NCBI GenBank assembly: GCA_035690365.1
Contig: DASSKP010000028.1
Span: 11,483-75,482 of the forward strand
Direction of reading: 5' to 3'
Length of the DNA: 64,000 nt
From: Mycobacteriales bacterium
GTDB lineage: Bacteria > Actinomycetota > Actinomycetes > JAFAQI01
Below the pieces are notes generated by a model. It ran no database searches, had not been told where the DNA came from, and saw nothing but the letters and a program-made list of their open reading frames with translations. Positions 18,194 through 27,795 of this stretch are shown piece after piece; the stretch's first letter is position 1; each line of letters begins with the position of its first letter. Both the position numbers and the translations under genes were made by a program.

Positions 18194-19756
18194 ATGAGCG
18201 ACTCCGAGGCCCTCCCGACCACGCAGGACGACCCCGGCCACCCGCACCTGTCACAGCTGCACGACCGGGTGCTCGCCGGTGGTCCGGCGAAGTACCACGT
18301 AGCCAACGCCGAGAAGGGCAAGCTGTTCGCCCGCGAGCGGATCCGGCTGCTCGTCGACGAAGGGTCCTTTGTCGAGGACGGCCTCTACGCCAACGTGCTG
18401 GCGGGCGACCTGCCCGCCGACGGCGTCGTCACCGGTACGGCGACCGTGGACGGCCGGCCGGTGTGGCTGATGGCCAACGACTCGACGGTGAAGGCCGGCT
18501 CGTGGGGTGCGCGCACCGTCGAGAAGATCATCCGGGCGATCGAGTCGGCGTACCGCACCGGCGTACCGATGGTGTGGCTCGTCGACTCCGCGGGCGCGCG
18601 CATCACCGACCAGGTCGAGATGTTCCCCGGCCGTCGTGGCGCAGGGAAGATCTTCCACACGCAGGTCCGGGCGTCCGGCAGCATTCCTCAGGTCTGCGCG
18701 CTGTTCGGGCCGAGTGCAGCTGGTGGCGCCTACATTCCCGCGTTCTGCGACGTCGTCGTCATGGTCGACGGCAACGCCTCCATGTACCTCGGGTCCGCGC
18801 GCATGGTCGAGATGGTCGTCGGCGAGAAGACGACGCTCGAGGAGATGGGCGGCGCGAAGATGCACTGCTCGGTCTCCGGCGTCGGCCACTTCCTGGCACC
18901 GGACGAGCCGCAGGCGATCGAGACCGTCCGGCGCTACCTGTCCTACCTTCCGTCGAACTGGACGCAGCCGCCGCCCGCGGTCGAGGCTCGCGAGCCGGGC
19001 AAGGGTGACCTGCGGGCGCTGGTGCCGGCGAGCGAGCGGCAGGCCTTCGACATGCGCAAGTACGTCAAGGCGCTGCTCGACGACGACTCGTTTCTCGAGA
19101 TCCACGCGCTCTGGGCGAAGGAGCTCGTGGTCGGCTTCGGCCGGCTCGACGGCGAAGTCGTCGGCATCGTGGCCAACAACCCGATGTTCAAAGGCGGCGT
19201 GCTGTTCACCGACTCCGCCGACAAGGCTGCGCGGTTCATCCAGCTGTGCGACGCGTTCAACGTGCCGCTGCTCTTCCTCGCCGACGTGCCCGGCTTCATG
19301 GTCGGCACCGCGGTGGAGCGCGAAGGCATCATCCGGCACGGCGCCAAGATGATCAGCGCCGTCTCGGAGGCGACGGTGCCGAAGATCTCGGTCATCGTCC
19401 GCAAGGCCTACGGCGCGGGCCTCTATGCCATGGCCGGCCCGGGCTTCGAGCCCGATGCGACGATCGCCTTGCCCACGGCGATGATTGCGGTCATGGGTGC
19501 CGAGGCGGCCGTCAACGCCGTCTACTACAACCGCATCCAGGCGATCGAGGACGAGGACGAGCGCGCCGCGTTCGTGCAGAAGCTGCGCGACGAGTACAAC
19601 GCCGACATCGACGTCGTGCGGCTCGCGAGCGAGCTCGTCGTCGACGCGATCGTCGAGCCGGAAGAGCTGCGCACCGACCTGATCCGGCGCCTGGCGACGT
19701 ACCGGTCGAAGGACCGTTCGTTCTCCCGGCGCCGCCACGGCGTCACGCCCGTTTGA
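18194..19756 (+). CDS. Acyl-CoA carboxylase carboxyltransferase subunit (second paralog; methylcrotonyl/other acyl-CoA type)
   Basis: The carboxyl-transferase domain motifs are ARERIRLLVDEGSF, VDSAGARI and GPSAAGGAYIPA. The neighbouring HMG-CoA lyase suggests branched-chain acyl-CoA catabolism. Confidence 0.8.
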   Translation: MSDSEALPTTQDDPGHPHLSQLHDRVLAGGPAKYHVANAEKGKLFARERIRLLVDEGSFVEDGLYANVLAGDLPADGVVTGTATVDGRPVWLMANDSTVKAGSWGARTVEKIIRAIESAYRTGVPMVWLVDSAGARITDQVEMFPGRRGAGKIFHTQVRASGSIPQVCALFGPSAAGGAYIPAFCDVVVMVDGNASMYLGSARMVEMVVGEKTTLEEMGGAKMHCSVSGVGHFLAPDEPQAIETVRRYLSYLPSNWTQPPPAVEAREPGKGDLRALVPASERQAFDMRKYVKALLDDDSFLEIHALWAKELVVGFGRLDGEVVGIVANNPMFKGGVLFTDSADKAARFIQLCDAFNVPLLFLADVPGFMVGTAVEREGIIRHGAKMISAVSEATVPKISVIVRKAYGAGLYAMAGPGFEPDATIALPTAMIAVMGAEAAVNAVYYNRIQAIEDEDERAAFVQKLRDEYNADIDVVRLASELVVDAIVEPEELRTDLIRRLATYRSKDRSFSRRRHGVTPV

Positions 19757-21804
19757 CCGAGCGGGAGCCGGGCCCCGCCCGGCTGCGCAGCGAGACCGTC
19801 GCGTTCGGGTTCGTCGACGGTGCGGTGGTGACGTTCGCCTGGTTCACGCTGCTCGCCCACCTGTGGGACATCGTCAACGGGCGGACGACGGTCCTGCTCG
19901 TCGTCTGGGTGATGACCGCACCCCTTGTCCAGCTGGCGTTGCGCCGCTTCGGGTCGCGGTCGCTGCCCGGTCGGCACGAGCCGCCGGCGTGGACCGTGCG
20001 GCTGCAGCGCGCAACCGCCGGCCACCGGCGCCGACTGGTCGTTGCCGCGATGGTGTGCGCCGTGACGGGGTCGGTGCTTCTCGGTACGTCGACCCGGGCG
20101 AGCTGGCTGCTCGGTTGGGCGCTCGCGCTGATCGCCGTGGTGGTCGGCGGTCTCGCCGTCGTCATCGCCGGAGACGGTGCCGGCGACGGGGCCCGGGACA
20201 GCGACCCGCGGCCGGCGCTCGGCCATCGGGCCGCGCGGACGGGGTTGGCGGTCGCGGTGATCGCCGGGCTCGGTCTCGGTCTCTGCAGCCTGTTCACGGT
20301 GTCACCGACCGACGACGACACCTACTACGTCAACCGCACCACGTGGATCGCGCAGCACGGAAGCATCCCCGACCACGACACGGTGTTCAGTCACGACCGG
20401 CTGCCCAGTCTCTACGAACCTGCGATCGGGACCTTCGAGACCTTTGCCGGAGCTGTCGGACACCTCACCGGCGCCAGTGGCGCGACGATGTCCTATCTCG
20501 TGCTCGGGCCGATGCTGCTCGCCCTCCTGCCGTTGGCTCTCTGGCGCGCGATCGTGGCCGTGCGGCTCGACCGGCCGGTGCTCGGCCTCGTCGTGGCTCT
20601 GACGTTCCTCGTCATGACCGGCGGCGGGCAGCAGTGGTTCGGGGAGATGGTGCTGCGGCGACCGTGGCAGACCAAGGAGATGTTCGCGGCCGTGATGGTG
20701 CCGCTGCTCTACGGCTACGCACTGGAGTTCGGTCGCACCCGGCGCGTCGGCGCCGCAGCTCTGGCCCCCCTGGCGGTGGTCTGCTCGGTCGGGCTCACGT
20801 CATCAGCCGCGGCGCTTGCACCGGCCGTGGTCGTCGTGCTCGCGGTCACGGGCTACCTGTGCTGGGGGAGCCGCTTCCTCGCGCCGCTCGCCGTGGCACT
20901 CGTCTACCCGCTCATCTGCCTGTTCGCCTACCGGCAGGGTGGGTCCTCGTCCGCTTTCAGCTCGACGACGCGCGCGGCGTATCACGTTCCCTACGACCTC
21001 TGGCACTGGTTCCTCGGCGCCGGGCTCGTCGGTGTTCTGGTCGGTCTCGCTCTCAGCGCCGGTTATCTCGGCTCGGGCTGGCGACCTGCGCGGCTCGCGC
21101 TGCTCGGCGGTGCGCTCGCGGTGCTCGTCGCACTCAGTCCACGGGTGCTCGACGCCGCCGGGCCGCTTCTCGGTGGCGCGCCGACAGCGTGGCGCATGAC
21201 CTGGGTCGCGCCGCTGCTGCTGCTCGTGGCCGGTGTGGTCCCGGCCGTCGGTGCCGTAGCGGTCGTGGCCGGTCGCCGGCTGCCCGGACGCGCTCTCACG
21301 GTGGTCGCCGCGGTGGTGGTGGCGGCGCTGGCGGCACTGGGGACGCCTGTCTCGTCGAGCACGGACACGCACTGGTCCGCGCGGCCGCGTTTCGATCTCG
21401 GGCCGGAAGCGGCAGCCGCTGCCGATCTGGTCCGTCTCGCGCGAAACCGGGGGACGGTCGCCGGGCCGGAGCCGGTCAACCTTGCGGTCGCTGTGGCCCA
21501 CGCCGGTGACGTGCTCGCTCTCGACCCGCGCAGCTACTACGGGCAGCTCCTCGCGAAGCGAGCACACGGTGCGATGAAGATGAGGCGTCGGGTGCAGCTG
21601 ACGCTGTGGCTCACCGGTGGCATCGGCGGACTGCCCAATCGGGTGCAGGCGGCACGGCTCGCCCAGTGGCCGGTGACCGCTGTGTGCGTCAACCGCGCCA
21701 TGCCCGTGGAAGAGGCGGCCGCCGTCGTCACCGCTCTCCGTCGCGCCGGCTACCGGTCTGCGGGCAGCGACCGCTTCTGTGAGCTGCTCGCCCGGCCGGG
21801 CTGA
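19753..21804 (+). CDS. Large polytopic membrane protein, paralog A; putative GT-C-type glycosyltransferase/polymerase
   Basis: The product is about 683 aa with at least 12 predicted TM segments and the loop motif SPTDDDTYYVNRTTWIAQHG. It aligns over its full length with 37326..39410. A TTG start overlapping the upstream stop (TTGA) was chosen by alignment with the paralog and is uncertain. Confidence 0.7.
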   Translation: MTEREPGPARLRSETVAFGFVDGAVVTFAWFTLLAHLWDIVNGRTTVLLVVWVMTAPLVQLALRRFGSRSLPGRHEPPAWTVRLQRATAGHRRRLVVAAMVCAVTGSVLLGTSTRASWLLGWALALIAVVVGGLAVVIAGDGAGDGARDSDPRPALGHRAARTGLAVAVIAGLGLGLCSLFTVSPTDDDTYYVNRTTWIAQHGSIPDHDTVFSHDRLPSLYEPAIGTFETFAGAVGHLTGASGATMSYLVLGPMLLALLPLALWRAIVAVRLDRPVLGLVVALTFLVMTGGGQQWFGEMVLRRPWQTKEMFAAVMVPLLYGYALEFGRTRRVGAAALAPLAVVCSVGLTSSAAALAPAVVVVLAVTGYLCWGSRFLAPLAVALVYPLICLFAYRQGGSSSAFSSTTRAAYHVPYDLWHWFLGAGLVGVLVGLALSAGYLGSGWRPARLALLGGALAVLVALSPRVLDAAGPLLGGAPTAWRMTWVAPLLLLVAGVVPAVGAVAVVAGRRLPGRALTVVAAVVVAALAALGTPVSSSTDTHWSARPRFDLGPEAAAAADLVRLARNRGTVAGPEPVNLAVAVAHAGDVLALDPRSYYGQLLAKRAHGAMKMRRRVQLTLWLTGGIGGLPNRVQAARLAQWPVTAVCVNRAMPVEEAAAVVTALRRAGYRSAGSDRFCELLARPG

Positions 21805-21810
21805 CGCCGA

Positions 21811-22293
21811 TCAGACCAGTGCGGCGCGCTCCGCATCCGCCGTGCGGGACGGCTCGGGCTCCAGGAACACCCAGCGCTTGAACGACCAGAAGCGGAACAC
21901 CATCGCGACGCCGACGCCGACGATGTTGCCCCAGAAGTTGCGGGCGAGCAGCGAGTCCTGGTGCAGGACGTACTCGCCGAAGGCGAGACAGCCCAGCGTG
22001 ATGCCCAGCGCGATGGCGCTCAGCACCAGGAACAGGAGGTACTCCCGCCGGACGCCCGTGCGCGCCCGGTCCTTCCACGTCCAGTGCCTGTTCATGAAGT
22101 ACGACGACGTGGCCGCGACGATCGTGGAGATGCCCTTCGCCGTCAGCGGCCGGCTGGACAGCAGGCTGACGACGAGAATGTTGAACAGCCCGACGTCGAC
22201 CACGTAGTTGATCGCTCCGACGATGCCGAACTTGGCGATCTCGTGGATCAGGGTCTGGAACGGCGAGTAGACGTTGCGGAGCCGAGCAAGCAC
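21811..22293 (-). CDS. GtrA family membrane protein (putative lipid-linked sugar flippase)
   Basis: The 160 aa product has 4 TM segments and the motifs KFGIVGAINYVVDVGLFN and RFWSFKRWVF, which are typical of GtrA-like proteins. Confidence 0.8.
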   Translation of the reverse strand: MLARLRNVYSPFQTLIHEIAKFGIVGAINYVVDVGLFNILVVSLLSSRPLTAKGISTIVAATSSYFMNRHWTWKDRARTGVRREYLLFLVLSAIALGITLGCLAFGEYVLHQDSLLARNFWGNIVGVGVAMVFRFWSFKRWVFLEPEPSRTADAERAALV

Positions 22294-22340
22294 CTCATCA
22301 CCGTACTGGTCCGCTCACCGGCGATCCCGCTCCGCGTGGG

Positions 22341-23516
22341 TCAGCCGAGCAGCTCGTCGAACAGACGCTCCCAGCGTTGCGCGACCGCATCCACCTGCAG
22401 GGAGGCAACGCTGCGCCGTGCTGCGGACCCCAACGCGGTCCGCAGCTCAGGGTTGCTGATGACTCGCTCCAGGCCGTCGGCGAGCGCCCCGGCGTCGCCG
22501 GGCGGGACCACGATGCCGTCGACACCGTCGTCGATGATCTGGCGGATTCCCGGTGCGCAGTCGACGGCGACGCAGGGCACTCCGCAGGCCATGGCTTCGA
22601 GCAGCACGAGGGGCAGGCCTTCACGGTCCGAGGAGAGCGCCAGGGCCGACGCTCCCATGAGTGCCGCGGCGACGTCGTCGGTCGGACCCATCAGCTGCAC
22701 ACCGTCCTGGAGGTGTGCCCGGGCGATCTCCTGCTCGAGATCGGCGTGCAGGCTGCCTTCGCCGTAGATCCGGAGCTGCCACTGCGGGTGGCGGTCCCGC
22801 AAGAGCCGCCACGCTGCGACCAGCAGGTCGTAGCGCTTCTCGGGCTCGAGGCGGCCGATCGCGACGACGACGGGAGCGGTGAGCTGCGAGACCCGGTCCG
22901 GCCACAGCGGCAGCGGGTTGGGCATGACCTGCACGTTCGGCAGGCCCTCCTGTCGCCACTTGTCGGCGTCGGCGTCCGTGAGGAGGAGGACGGCGTCGAG
23001 GTCGCGGTAGAGCCGGCGGACGCGTTCGTACCGTGACGGGCCGGTCGTTCCCGGCTGCAGCACGTGCGAGGCCTCGAACGACTCGTGGCTCATGCCGACG
23101 ACCTTCAGGTGCCGCGTGTCGGCGTCCGCGACCCAGCGCATCGCCCAGACCTGGGCGACGATCACGATTCCGCTGTCGACCTCCGCGAAGAGTTGTTGCA
23201 GCCGCTTCACGTGCCGGCGGTGCAGAACGCGGCGCAACACCTCGCGGGCGACCTCCGACGGATGGATGTAGTCGGGAAAGCTCCGTGGTTCCCAGGGGGC
23301 TGGTTCGCCGCGGCCGAGTGTCACGGTGACGTAACCGGCGCCCGGCCGCAGCTTGCGCGAGCCGGCACCTGGCCCGACGCCGATCAGCTCGACGCGATGT
23401 CCGCGCGCCGCCAGGCCGGCGGCGACGGCATGCACGACGCGTTGCACACCGCCGATCTCCTCGACGTTGTTGGCGACGATGAACACGTTGCGCCGCTTGT
23501 CGGCCCCGCCGTTCAC
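22341..23516 (-). CDS. GT4 family glycosyltransferase
   Basis: It has the GT-B C-terminal motifs GRLEPEKRYDLL and SDREGLPLVLLEAMACGVPCVA. The GTG start at 23516 overlaps the stop of the upstream TagF-like gene as GTGA. The tracked ORF extension to 23939 is Arg/Pro-rich and looks non-coding. Confidence 0.85.
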   Translation of the reverse strand: MNGGADKRRNVFIVANNVEEIGGVQRVVHAVAAGLAARGHRVELIGVGPGAGSRKLRPGAGYVTVTLGRGEPAPWEPRSFPDYIHPSEVAREVLRRVLHRRHVKRLQQLFAEVDSGIVIVAQVWAMRWVADADTRHLKVVGMSHESFEASHVLQPGTTGPSRYERVRRLYRDLDAVLLLTDADADKWRQEGLPNVQVMPNPLPLWPDRVSQLTAPVVVAIGRLEPEKRYDLLVAAWRLLRDRHPQWQLRIYGEGSLHADLEQEIARAHLQDGVQLMGPTDDVAAALMGASALALSSDREGLPLVLLEAMACGVPCVAVDCAPGIRQIIDDGVDGIVVPPGDAGALADGLERVISNPELRTALGSAARRSVASLQVDAVAQRWERLFDELLG

Positions 23517-24721
23517 CGGGCGGTTCCGAAGACCGAGTGACGCACGCGCTCGGCGGCATCGCCGTGCTCGAAGCCGCAGAAGCGGCGGACGAAGGCGTCG
23601 TAACGCTCGCTGTAGGAGTCGTGTGCAGCCTGTGGTTGACGTAACCAGCCGACCACCTCGTCCATGTCCTGCACGACGGGGCCCGGCGCGACAACCTGCA
23701 GGTCGAAGTAGGAACCCCGCCGCCGGTTGTAGACCTCCAGGTCGGGCGCGTAGAAGAGCATCGGCCGCCGGAGCAGCGCGAAGTCGAACATCACCGACGA
23801 GTAGTCCGTGATGAGCGCGTCCGCTGCCAGCAGGAGCTCGGTGACGTCGGCGTGCGTCGAGACGTCGCGAGCGATCTCGGGGAAGGCGTCGGTCTCGGCC
23901 GGCCGGTCGAGGTAGTGGGCGCGCACGAGGATGAGGCATCGCTCGCCGATGTCTGCTGCGATGCGCGCGAGGTCGAGCCGCGCGGTGCCGTCCGCTCCGC
24001 GATCCCAGTCGCGGAACGTCGGGGCGTAGAGCACGACCAGCCGGTCGGTGGGCAGGCCCAGACTCCGGCGATGCTCGGCCTTCCGCGACTGGACGTCCGG
24101 CGCGAGCAGCGGGTCGTTGCGCGGATACCCCGTCCGCAACACCTGCGCCTTGTGCCGGAACGCCGCCGCGAACGTCTGCTCGGCGGTCTCGCTCTGGACG
24201 CAGAGGTGCGTCCAGCGTCCGACGGCCGCGGCGAACGCCTGCCGGCGGTCGTGACCTGCGTCGCGAAGCTCCGGTTGGTCGAAGCCCATGGTCTTGTACG
24301 CCGACCCGTGCCAGGTCTGCAGGTAGGTCGTTGCCCGCCTGCGCCGCGCGATCGCGGGGAAGCCCTGGTCGTCCACCCAGAACTCGGCACGCGCCAGCTC
24401 GAGGAGGTAGCGCCAGCTGCCGCGGCGTACGAGGACGGCGTCGGACGGAAAACCGTTGGGGTCGTCGAGATACGACCAGACGACCCTTCGCCGGTCACCG
24501 GACGCGCGCAGCGCGAGATACAGGTATTTCGGGCTGTCCGTGAAAGCGCGCCCCAGCCCGCTTTCGAACACCGCGGACCCGCGACGCATCGGGAGCCGCA
24601 TGAGGACGGCTCGGTACGTGATCGCCTTGACCGAGCGGCTCGACGGGAGGCGCCGGATGCGACGCATCAGGCGGGCCGGAGCGGAGCCGATGGGCGTCGC
24701 CCGGGCAGTCCGCACGCGCAC
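23513..24721 (-). CDS. CDP-glycerol (or CDP-alditol) glycerophosphotransferase, TagB/TagF family
   Basis: The Glyphos_transf hallmarks are present: YLQTWHGSAYKTMG, VLYAPTFRD and ALITDYSSVMFDFALLRRPMLFYAPDLEVY...RGSYFD. Confidence 0.85.
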   Translation of the reverse strand: MRVRTARATPIGSAPARLMRRIRRLPSSRSVKAITYRAVLMRLPMRRGSAVFESGLGRAFTDSPKYLYLALRASGDRRRVVWSYLDDPNGFPSDAVLVRRGSWRYLLELARAEFWVDDQGFPAIARRRRATTYLQTWHGSAYKTMGFDQPELRDAGHDRRQAFAAAVGRWTHLCVQSETAEQTFAAAFRHKAQVLRTGYPRNDPLLAPDVQSRKAEHRRSLGLPTDRLVVLYAPTFRDWDRGADGTARLDLARIAADIGERCLILVRAHYLDRPAETDAFPEIARDVSTHADVTELLLAADALITDYSSVMFDFALLRRPMLFYAPDLEVYNRRRGSYFDLQVVAPGPVVQDMDEVVGWLRQPQAAHDSYSERYDAFVRRFCGFEHGDAAERVRHSVFGTAR

Positions 24722-24795
24722 ATCCTAGGGAGGTCGCACCCTCCCGCTGCTTGTCATCGAGCCCCGCCGGTGCCGGCGTTATGCTGCCGCCAGCC

Positions 24796-25833
24796 ATGAG
24801 CGACAGCCCCGGAAGCCGTCATCTGGTGCTCGTGGTCGGCGCCGGGCGCAGCGGCACGAGCCTCACTGCCGGCATCTTCGGCCAGCTCGGGTTTCACGTC
24901 CCGCAGCCAGAGGTGCAGGCCAACTTCACCAACCCGCGCGGCTTCGGAGAACCGCGGTGGGTCGTCGACTTCCACGCAGGGTTGATGCGGCAGCAGGACA
25001 TCGAGCTGTTCGACGCGCGACCCGAGGCATGGGATGCGGCCGTGAGCGCGACTGCGTCACCCGAAGCCGCCCAGCAGCTGCACTCCTGGCTGACGACGCA
25101 GTTCGCGTCGCACGACCGCGTCGTCGTGAAGGACCCACGGACGGTCTGGTTCCTGCCGCTCTGGCAGCGGTGTGTCGGCGACCTCGGGATCCGCCTCCAC
25201 TACGTCACGACGCTCCGTCATCCGACCGAGGTGCTGAGGAGCATCCGCACGACCGCCGGTGCGGAGCAGACGGAGGCGAGCCGAGCGGCTTGGTGGGTGG
25301 CGACGACTCTCCATGCGGAACATGCGACGCGCGGTGCGGCGCGCGCCTTCCTGCTCTACGACGACCTGCTCGTCGACTGGCGCCGTGAGCTCGAGCACGT
25401 CGAGCGTGCGGCCGGCCTGCCGCTCGTGAGCTCGGCGGACGCAGCGGCGCTAACGGCGGTGGACGAGCTCGTCGACCCCTCGCTACGACGTTCGGAGTCG
25501 GGTTGGGCCGACGTGGACGTACCCGGGCCCGTGCAGCAGCTGGCAGAGAACGTGTGGGGGCAGATGACGATGCTCGCCCGCGGCGACGCCGCTCAGGAAA
25601 CCGGCGCGGCCCTCGACGAGCTGCGTTCCGCCTACGACCGCCTCTATCGAGAAGCTGCGTCGATCGCGGACTCCACTGTGCAGCACGCTGTCCGCTCGCG
25701 GGCTGCCACGGCCGCTGCGCACGCACCGGCCCCCACGGGATGGACGCGACGGATGGTCCGCCGGCTTCCGCCGCCCGTGCTCACGCGTGTCCGCCGGATG
25801 CGACGGCACCTCGGTGGTCAGCGGCGGCGATAG
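24796..25833 (+). CDS. Sulfotransferase family protein, paralog 1
   Basis: It has an N-terminal P-loop-like 5'-PSB motif (VVGAGRSGTS) and a 3'-PB-like motif (LRHPTEVLRS). It aligns with 27796..28848 and 32304..33332. The ATG at 24796 was chosen by paralog alignment. Confidence 0.7.
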   Translation: MSDSPGSRHLVLVVGAGRSGTSLTAGIFGQLGFHVPQPEVQANFTNPRGFGEPRWVVDFHAGLMRQQDIELFDARPEAWDAAVSATASPEAAQQLHSWLTTQFASHDRVVVKDPRTVWFLPLWQRCVGDLGIRLHYVTTLRHPTEVLRSIRTTAGAEQTEASRAAWWVATTLHAEHATRGAARAFLLYDDLLVDWRRELEHVERAAGLPLVSSADAAALTAVDELVDPSLRRSESGWADVDVPGPVQQLAENVWGQMTMLARGDAAQETGAALDELRSAYDRLYREAASIADSTVQHAVRSRAATAAAHAPAPTGWTRRMVRRLPPPVLTRVRRMRRHLGGQRRR

Positions 25834-27719
25834 AGATCCGGCCGCACTTCGCGATGCAAGGCACGAAGCCGCGACTTCTCCTGCGGCAGCCACTCCGACC
25901 GGACGTAGTCGATCACGTTGACGCCGTCGGTCGAGTCGACCCGGACGAGTCCGTCCGGTAGCCGCTGGCCGTCGGCGGCCAGTGCCTGGAAGACCTCCAG
26001 CTCTCGCCGCTTGCGGCTGGTGCGTCCGCTCGCGGTGAAGTCGGCGTCGGACCAGTGCGCGAACTCGTCGACGTCCAGATGCTTGAGCTCGACACACGAC
26101 CAGTCCGGAAGAGAGATGGTCCGTCCCGCCTCCGGCCAGGTCGACAGCTCCCACTCGAACGCCTTGGAGTGCTCGTAGCCCTTGCGATTCGGCCACGCCC
26201 AGTACTCCCGGTTGGCCACCCATGCGTCGAGATACGCGGTGTTGTCGTTGGCGACGTACAAGGGGTAGCGCGGCATCACCACGACGAACTCGCCGGTCTC
26301 CGTCTGCCACTCGAGGTCGCGCAACGCGGCGATGCCCGTGTCGGTCAGCACCATGTCGCCGTCCCACTTCAACGCGTAGGTCGTCGGCACGTGGGAGAAG
26401 GCCCAGTTGTAGAAGTAGGTCAGCGAGTGGATGGAGTCCGCTGCGGTGCCGAGATGCTCCGGCCCGCAACGCGACACGCTGAACGGGTAGGTCAGCACCT
26501 CGAACCGGTCGGCGGCGCCCGCTTCCGCTGCGAGACGCTGCGCCACCTCGGGTGTCCCGTCGGTGGAGCCGTTGTCGACCAGCAGCACTGAACGCACGGC
26601 GGCGAACAGCCACGGCAGCACGAACGGCAGTGCGTTCGCCTCGTTCTTGACTCTCAGCACGGCGGTGAACCCCGGCTGCAACGGAGCGTCCTCCGCCCAT
26701 CGCCAGCTGATGTCGAACGCGGACTCACCCTCACGGTTGACGATCGCGGCCTTCGCCGCGCGGCCCGCCCCGGCGGCTGTCACGCCCGTCAGCTCGCGCT
26801 CGAGCTCACGCACCCTCTGGCGCAGCCGCTGCGCCTCGTCGCCGGTGATGCCCTCTCGCACAGCGAGTCCGAGGACGCCGATGCGCGAGTGACGGTCCGC
26901 GAGTGCGTGCACGGCAGGCAGGAGCTGCTCGGTCTCCGGCGCCCATCGCTCGTCCGCAGGGCCGGCCTCGACAGCCGGGTAGCCGAAGGCGTCGAAGTCG
27001 CCGCGGTAGACGTGGTTCACCGTGGCGGCGGCCTCGGCGTCGTAGGCGTCCGACGGCATGCGGATGAGAGCCGGGTTGTCGCGGCCCGGCCGCGCCGCAC
27101 CGGTGAGCTCCTCGCCCACGTGTTCGGCGAGCAACGTCAAGGTCTCGTCCAGCCGCTCGATCCGCCCGACGTGCGTCAACGGCAGTGCGTCGGTGAGCTC
27201 GTGCTGCACCGCCCAGTGCACGTCGTGCGGTCCGCTCGGTCCGAGAGCGGCGACAAAACGACGGAAGTCGGCGACGACGTCGTCCGGCTTGCCCGGCATC
27301 CTCGGGAACCACGGCTCGGCGCCGAAGTCGTGCACGAACCTGGGCTCGCGCAAAAGCAGCTTCGACTGCCATGCGGACCACAGGCGAGCCGCCGGGTCGC
27401 GGACGAGCGCGAACCGGAGCCAGCCTGGCTCGGTCAGGGCGCGCTCGCGCAGCTCCGGCGACAGCGAACCGAGCTGATGAGACGGGCCCCACACGCGCAT
27501 GTCGTGCACGGTCAGCTCGCGGGTGACCTCGCCACCGGTCGACCGCTCGAACCGTTCGCGGGGGAGGCCGGCGAGTCGGGCGAGCAGCCACAGCACCGAC
27601 GTGCATCCGGTCTTGGGCACCGGGAGGAAGAGCAGCTTGCGGTCCGGCAGCACGATCGTGCGCGACAGGAGGTGTTCGCTGTGCGGATGTGTGTCGGCCC
27701 GGCGGGCCTCGTCCGTCAT
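25818..27719 (-). CDS. Fusion protein: N-terminal sulfotransferase (Sulfotransfer_2-like), a central helical linker and a C-terminal GT2-like glycosyltransferase
   Basis: The N-terminal part has LFLPVPKTGCTSV, ALVRDPAARLWSAW and YRGDFDAFGY. The middle has a coiled-coil-like segment, EAQRLRQRVRELERELT. The C-terminal part has VLRVKNEANALP...LLVDNGSTDGT and WDGDM. Confidence 0.7.
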   Translation of the reverse strand: MTDEARRADTHPHSEHLLSRTIVLPDRKLLFLPVPKTGCTSVLWLLARLAGLPRERFERSTGGEVTRELTVHDMRVWGPSHQLGSLSPELRERALTEPGWLRFALVRDPAARLWSAWQSKLLLREPRFVHDFGAEPWFPRMPGKPDDVVADFRRFVAALGPSGPHDVHWAVQHELTDALPLTHVGRIERLDETLTLLAEHVGEELTGAARPGRDNPALIRMPSDAYDAEAAATVNHVYRGDFDAFGYPAVEAGPADERWAPETEQLLPAVHALADRHSRIGVLGLAVREGITGDEAQRLRQRVRELERELTGVTAAGAGRAAKAAIVNREGESAFDISWRWAEDAPLQPGFTAVLRVKNEANALPFVLPWLFAAVRSVLLVDNGSTDGTPEVAQRLAAEAGAADRFEVLTYPFSVSRCGPEHLGTAADSIHSLTYFYNWAFSHVPTTYALKWDGDMVLTDTGIAALRDLEWQTETGEFVVVMPRYPLYVANDNTAYLDAWVANREYWAWPNRKGYEHSKAFEWELSTWPEAGRTISLPDWSCVELKHLDVDEFAHWSDADFTASGRTSRKRRELEVFQALAADGQRLPDGLVRVDSTDGVNVIDYVRSEWLPQEKSRLRALHREVRPDLYRRR

Positions 27720-27795
27720 TGCACCTCCAGCGTCGCGACCAGTCTAGGAACGCGGGTCGGCTGGTAACCTGACCGCGCCCCGACGAGAGGACCAG

